This document shows, piece after piece, positions 59,956-64,000 of a stretch of 64,000 nt of DNA (its first letter is position 1; the number at the start of each line of letters is the position of its first letter). A program made the position numbers and the translations under genes. Source of the DNA: Plasmodiophora brassicae (lineage: Eukaryota); contig CP145409.1 in assembly GCA_036867785.1 (NCBI GenBank), positions 248,001-312,000 on the forward strand, given 5' to 3'. A model generated the notes under the pieces. The model was not told the origin of the DNA and made no database searches. It saw nothing but the letters and a program-made list of their open reading frames with translations.

Positions 59956-61576
59956 TTATCTGGCAGCGCCCTCGATTCGGACGTCGTCACGAGGGTTTGA
60001 CACACGCCATGGGTCCCTCCAAAGTTGAGGCACGATAACGATCTCGCGCCCTTCGACATTGCACTGCGTCCACGCCTGTCGGATAGCGTCGATCATGACC
60101 CGTCGTCTCTTGAAGAACAGCCACAGCAGAACTTGCCATCTGCATGCGCTTGGCCGCTCCGATCCAGGTCTCCCTAGCCGTAACACTGTCTTTCGTAACG
60201 ACCTGTTCGCTCTCATCAGGGGTACGTTCCGCGCCCACAAACCAAGGGTGGCGTTACTCTGCGCATGCACCGCTTGTTCGTCCTTCATCGGTGACGCTTG
60301 CGTGTTCCCCTGTCGAGACGACCTCGAGTCTGTTCGCGTCCGCGCGCGTCATGACGTCTCGAACAATGTGGGCGAGACACTGCTTGTCGAGGTCGGGAGC
60401 GTATCGCTTAGCGAGCAGTTGCACGCGTCTGCCCATTTCTAAGCGAATCTGCAATTCGCCGGCGGCGATCGCTCCGGCGTCGTGCTTGGCCAGTTGCCGC
60501 AGCGCGAGGCGATGCCAGACGGCTGCCTGGCGCGGCAGCACACAGGCGACCAGCCACGGCCACTGACTGAGCCGACGACGGACCCGCTCCACCGGCCACC
60601 GACGACGACAGATCCATCCACGAACGTGAGCCTGAAGGAGCCGCACGACCCGCGCTCGCTCCTAGGATTGTTGTCAGACGCAGTGTCGGGCGCTGGTATG
60701 ATGCTACCTGACATTCGTCAGCGACCCGAGGCGCACGCGTTCGGCAACACTGGCTAACGGCCCTGCCAATGCCAACCTCGATACAGGGACGGCGCGTGGC
60801 GTACGCGGCGTCAGGTTCCGGCTCGAGCGCCCTCGCCATGGCTTTGATGACGCAGGACCTTCCACAAGTTTCAACGTCGGCGCTGTCATTTGCTGGCTGT
60901 CCCCGTCTTCATCCACAGCTTTGGGCGCTGTCAAGGGCTCGGTATGTGGTGGCAGTGCCGGCTGGCAGACACCAAAGATCGTCTCAAAGGAGGCAAGCGC
61001 GGCACGAATCGGTCTGGATCGCCACGTAAAATTGTCGGGATCGCAGAGTCCAAGATAGTGATGAGCGCGTTGGACGGCGAGGCGTCCCTGGTCCATCAGG
61101 AATCGGCGCGAGGCAAGAGACAGACGCGCCTCGCTCATTTGGGACACGATCTGCTCCATCTGGAGCACCTGTCCAATAACGTCTACGTGTTTCACGTCGA
61201 GCCTGCCTGGGACGCGGAACGCTGTCGACTGCCTCGGTGACGGCTGCTCCAGCACGGCTGTTGCCTGCTGTTCATACGCGGGCAGCGTCAACGGCGTCAA
61301 GCGCCTTCGTTCGGCTGCTGGTTGGTTGGGACGCGGCATGGCCCCAGAACGAACCGGGGTGGCTGATTTGATGTGATCCAGGAGGGCACGCTGGACGCTG
61401 GCGATTTCCAGGTCGAGCTGAGCGATGAGGACGTCGGCCAGTGCTCGACGCGGTGTGGACCTTGCCGAAGACGGTGGACGCCAGTGACGATCGTTCCCGG
61501 TCGGCGTCACGCAATCCAATGTCAACGTACACGGGCGCATGGCCGATCGTCGACGACGTTGCATGACGACCACCAT
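59956..61576 (-). CDS. Hypothetical protein with an IQ-like motif, multi-exon
   Basis: ORFs 60704-61576, 60254-60646 (LLQAHVRGWICRRRW) and 59956-60288; joins approximate. Confidence 0.5.
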
Positions 61577-61737
61577 GGTAATTGAGTACAGCGATCGGAC
61601 GCAGGGTACGCGAAAGAAGGAGGGCGTATCAAGGTGCCATGAAGATCTTGGCCGTTTATGAGTCAATTCGGAGGGTGCGCGTGCCCGCGTAAGACGCTCG
61701 TTCGCTAGTCCAGCAAACGATGAGACGCGCACTGGCC

Positions 61738-63330
61738 ATGGGCGTAGGCGTTCTGGTCGTCATCAGCGTCCTGGCCGGCACAGTCCACGCCCAGCTGCTA
61801 TCGATCCCATGCCAGAGTGAGTCGATCTCTGGGGTGCCAAGGGCGTTTCGCTGACCGTGCGCGCAGCGGCTGGCAACACTGGCGATGTCAGCGCGTGCAT
61901 GTTCGATGGCCCGACCTGCAACTGGGTCACCAACTTTGTCAACTTCGACAACGAGGTTTGTCGTGGCAGATGCGTTCCCCCTTGTCGCAGATAGGTTGAC
62001 CAACCTCATCGTGCAGGCCGTATGGTACGATGTGTACAAGAACCACCCAGTGCCGTCCGCGACCTCACAGTTTGTGATCGAGGGCGGTAACCCGACGCTA
62101 GTCCCAGGAGGCCTGAAGATGCCGGTCAGAACCACTGGCCCATCTGTCCGATGCGTTCTCTAATCCAATGCCGCCTCAGATGACGTATCCGAAAGACCTG
62201 ACCCAGCCCACGACGGGGACGATCGTGTCCACGACGCGTTTCTTGCTTTATGTAAGTCCCCGAGCGGGCACGTTCCGTCGACAGCGCATTGTGAGTGACC
62301 TGAGGGCAGGGCGTGGTGTCGGCAACGTTTAAGAGCTCAGGCGTTCCTGGGCTAGTATCAAGTTTCATTACGTTCGGCAACAATGAGGACGAGATTGACG
62401 TCGAGATCGGTGGTGGAGACAGTACCAACGTCCAGTTCAACTGGTACGGGTGTACCCCTGGCCAACGTGTCGCACACATTCTGAATTACGCGACCAGGTA
62501 CTGGCATGGCATCAAGGAGCTCAATGCAAAGGGTATGCGGGTCGCCTGTACGTTTCCAGTTCAGACCACACTGACGAGCGCAGGTGCATCCCTTCACGGC
62601 CACATTGTGAATACGCCGTTGGACAACTCAGAGAATTACTATACCTACACGGTACACGCCCTCGTGTGGCGAGCGCCCGTTGACGCATGTGCTCATCGCC
62701 TGACTGCAGATCGACTGGAACGCAGAGCGCATCATCTGGTCCATCAACGGTGTCGTGCAGTACACCGCGACAGCGGATAGCCCCCGATTCCCCAGTTCGC
62801 CTTCACGGATCGCCTTCGGTGTCTGGCAGGCACAATGGGGAAGGTCTCTTTAACCGCTGGTGGAAACGCCCCAGTCACACACGGTTTGACGTTGGGCGAT
62901 AGCACCTGGGCGGGCACGAACGACTACACGAAATGGCGCAAAGACACCCCACCGTTCGTTCAGTTCCAGACCATATCCGTTGCATGGTAATCGGCGTGCT
63001 GTGGTGTCCGCGCGTGTTTCGTGGCACACAGCTGATTTCCGCTGTTCAGCGCTGCACAGAACGGCCCGCCTGCGGTCCCGTCTTCTCGTCCCGCCCCGAC
63101 GCCAATGCCTACCAAACCTTGTAGGGCGCTCCGGCGCGTGTCTGGGTGCCCCAACCGTATAACGAGTCTGCACAGGGTCACTACCGCCCCAACCTCCGGG
63201 CGGACCGTCCTGCAGCGACATCACCAGCTGTCTCTTCAACACGAGTAGCGACTCCAAATCGATCGCCCCGGCCGCCATCGTCACCGTCCTCCTCATCGCC
63301 ATCAACCTCTTCTTCTACTTGCACCACTGA
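61738..63330 (+). CDS. Secreted, probably GPI-anchored GH16 glycosidase/transglycosylase (Crh-like), many short exons
   Basis: Signal peptide MGVGVLVVISVLAGTVHA; SGVPGLVSSFITFGNNEDEIDVEIGGGD.TNVQFNW carries the catalytic EIDxE; YYTYT | IDWN..IIWSING; hydrophobic C-terminus AAIVTVLLIAINLFFYLHH*. Confidence 0.85.
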
Positions 63331-63610
63331 CCGCCACTGGCGCCAATACACTCCTGTCTGCGCCAGTCGCCGACGCCATCGACAACAGATGCCGGCCTGG
63401 ATGAGGCGTCACTGCCCAACGACGACGGGTGCCCGGCACGGGGCGACTTGCGGAGCGTCCGGAAATAGACGCACATACGTGCGCTGCATGACGAGTCGGG
63501 GCGCAGACAGTGCGTGCGAGAGTAGGTAGTGCGAGTGCGCGAGTGGAGCGCGACGCGCGGGTCCATCTAAGGCGGCCGGCGACAGCCCCAGACAGATATC
63601 GGCCGGCGCC

Positions 63611-64000
63611 ATGGAGGCCGGCAACGGCGCGGGGCTGTGGCTTCACGGCACCGCCTGCCCCGTCATCAACGCCGATGACGCCCACGTGGACGCGCAGCTC
63701 GACTACGCCGCCGAGGTGACGCCCACGAATCCCGGCGGCGTCCATATTCCGACGGGCGACGCCCTCGCGCAAATACGCGCTGATCGGCAACGGGAAGTCC
63801 TCATGCGAATGGCAACTAAAGCCGGTAGGGATATGATGTGCGCCGCCGACTGATTGCCTGTCTCACGCCGCTATTGCAGAGCGTGCAAGACGATCGCGTG
63901 TTAAGCGAAAAGCGTATGTCGCCGATCTAGAAGCGCAAGTGCAGGCTTACACCGAACGACTGGCGGCCCTCCAGGCTGAGGAGGCGCGTCTCGACGCGGA
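63611..64000 (+). CDS. bZIP transcription factor (3' truncated by window), atypical basic region
   Basis: Across a GTAGG...TTGCAG intron (about 63825-63879): LMRMATKA | ERARRSRVKRKAYVADLEAQVQAYTERLAALQAEEARL, i.e. a basic region plus leucine zipper. Confidence 0.8.

Overview
This is gene-dense, GC-rich (about 60% by eye) eukaryotic DNA with short (about 50-70 nt) GT-AG introns and very short intergenic gaps. Composition and gene content (CEP104-like, TmcB-like, Crh-type GH16, CAP protein) suggest a phytomyxid protist such as Plasmodiophora brassicae; this is an inference, not a database match. About 33 protein-coding genes can be built by hand, including eIF1, UBC8, ORC6, Nnf1-like, two C2H2 zinc fingers, GST, two TmcB/PAS paralogs, MTD1-like, PP2C, USP36/42, RAP-domain, LRR, SDR, CLEC16A, GH16 and bZIP. 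There are also three identical tRNA-Cys(GCA) genes and relics of a Copia retroelement and a hAT transposon. Highlights: (1) a Copia reverse-transcriptase fragment folded back into an 88-bp near-perfect hairpin, a candidate anti-transposon hairpin-siRNA source; (2) an inverted tRNA-Cys pair enclosing a second, 29-bp pre-miRNA-sized hairpin; (3) a 51-64 kb block with three tandem secreted Pro/Thr- and Ser/Gly/Tyr-rich paralogs carrying an unrecognised helical module, a GPI-type Crh-like GH16 and an atypical bZIP (Asn to Lys), with AP-1/CRE motifs in most of the promoters, which is a candidate spore-wall or surface module; (4) several enzymes with altered catalytic motifs. Exon boundaries were assigned by eye, and family calls come from recalled motifs rather than searches.
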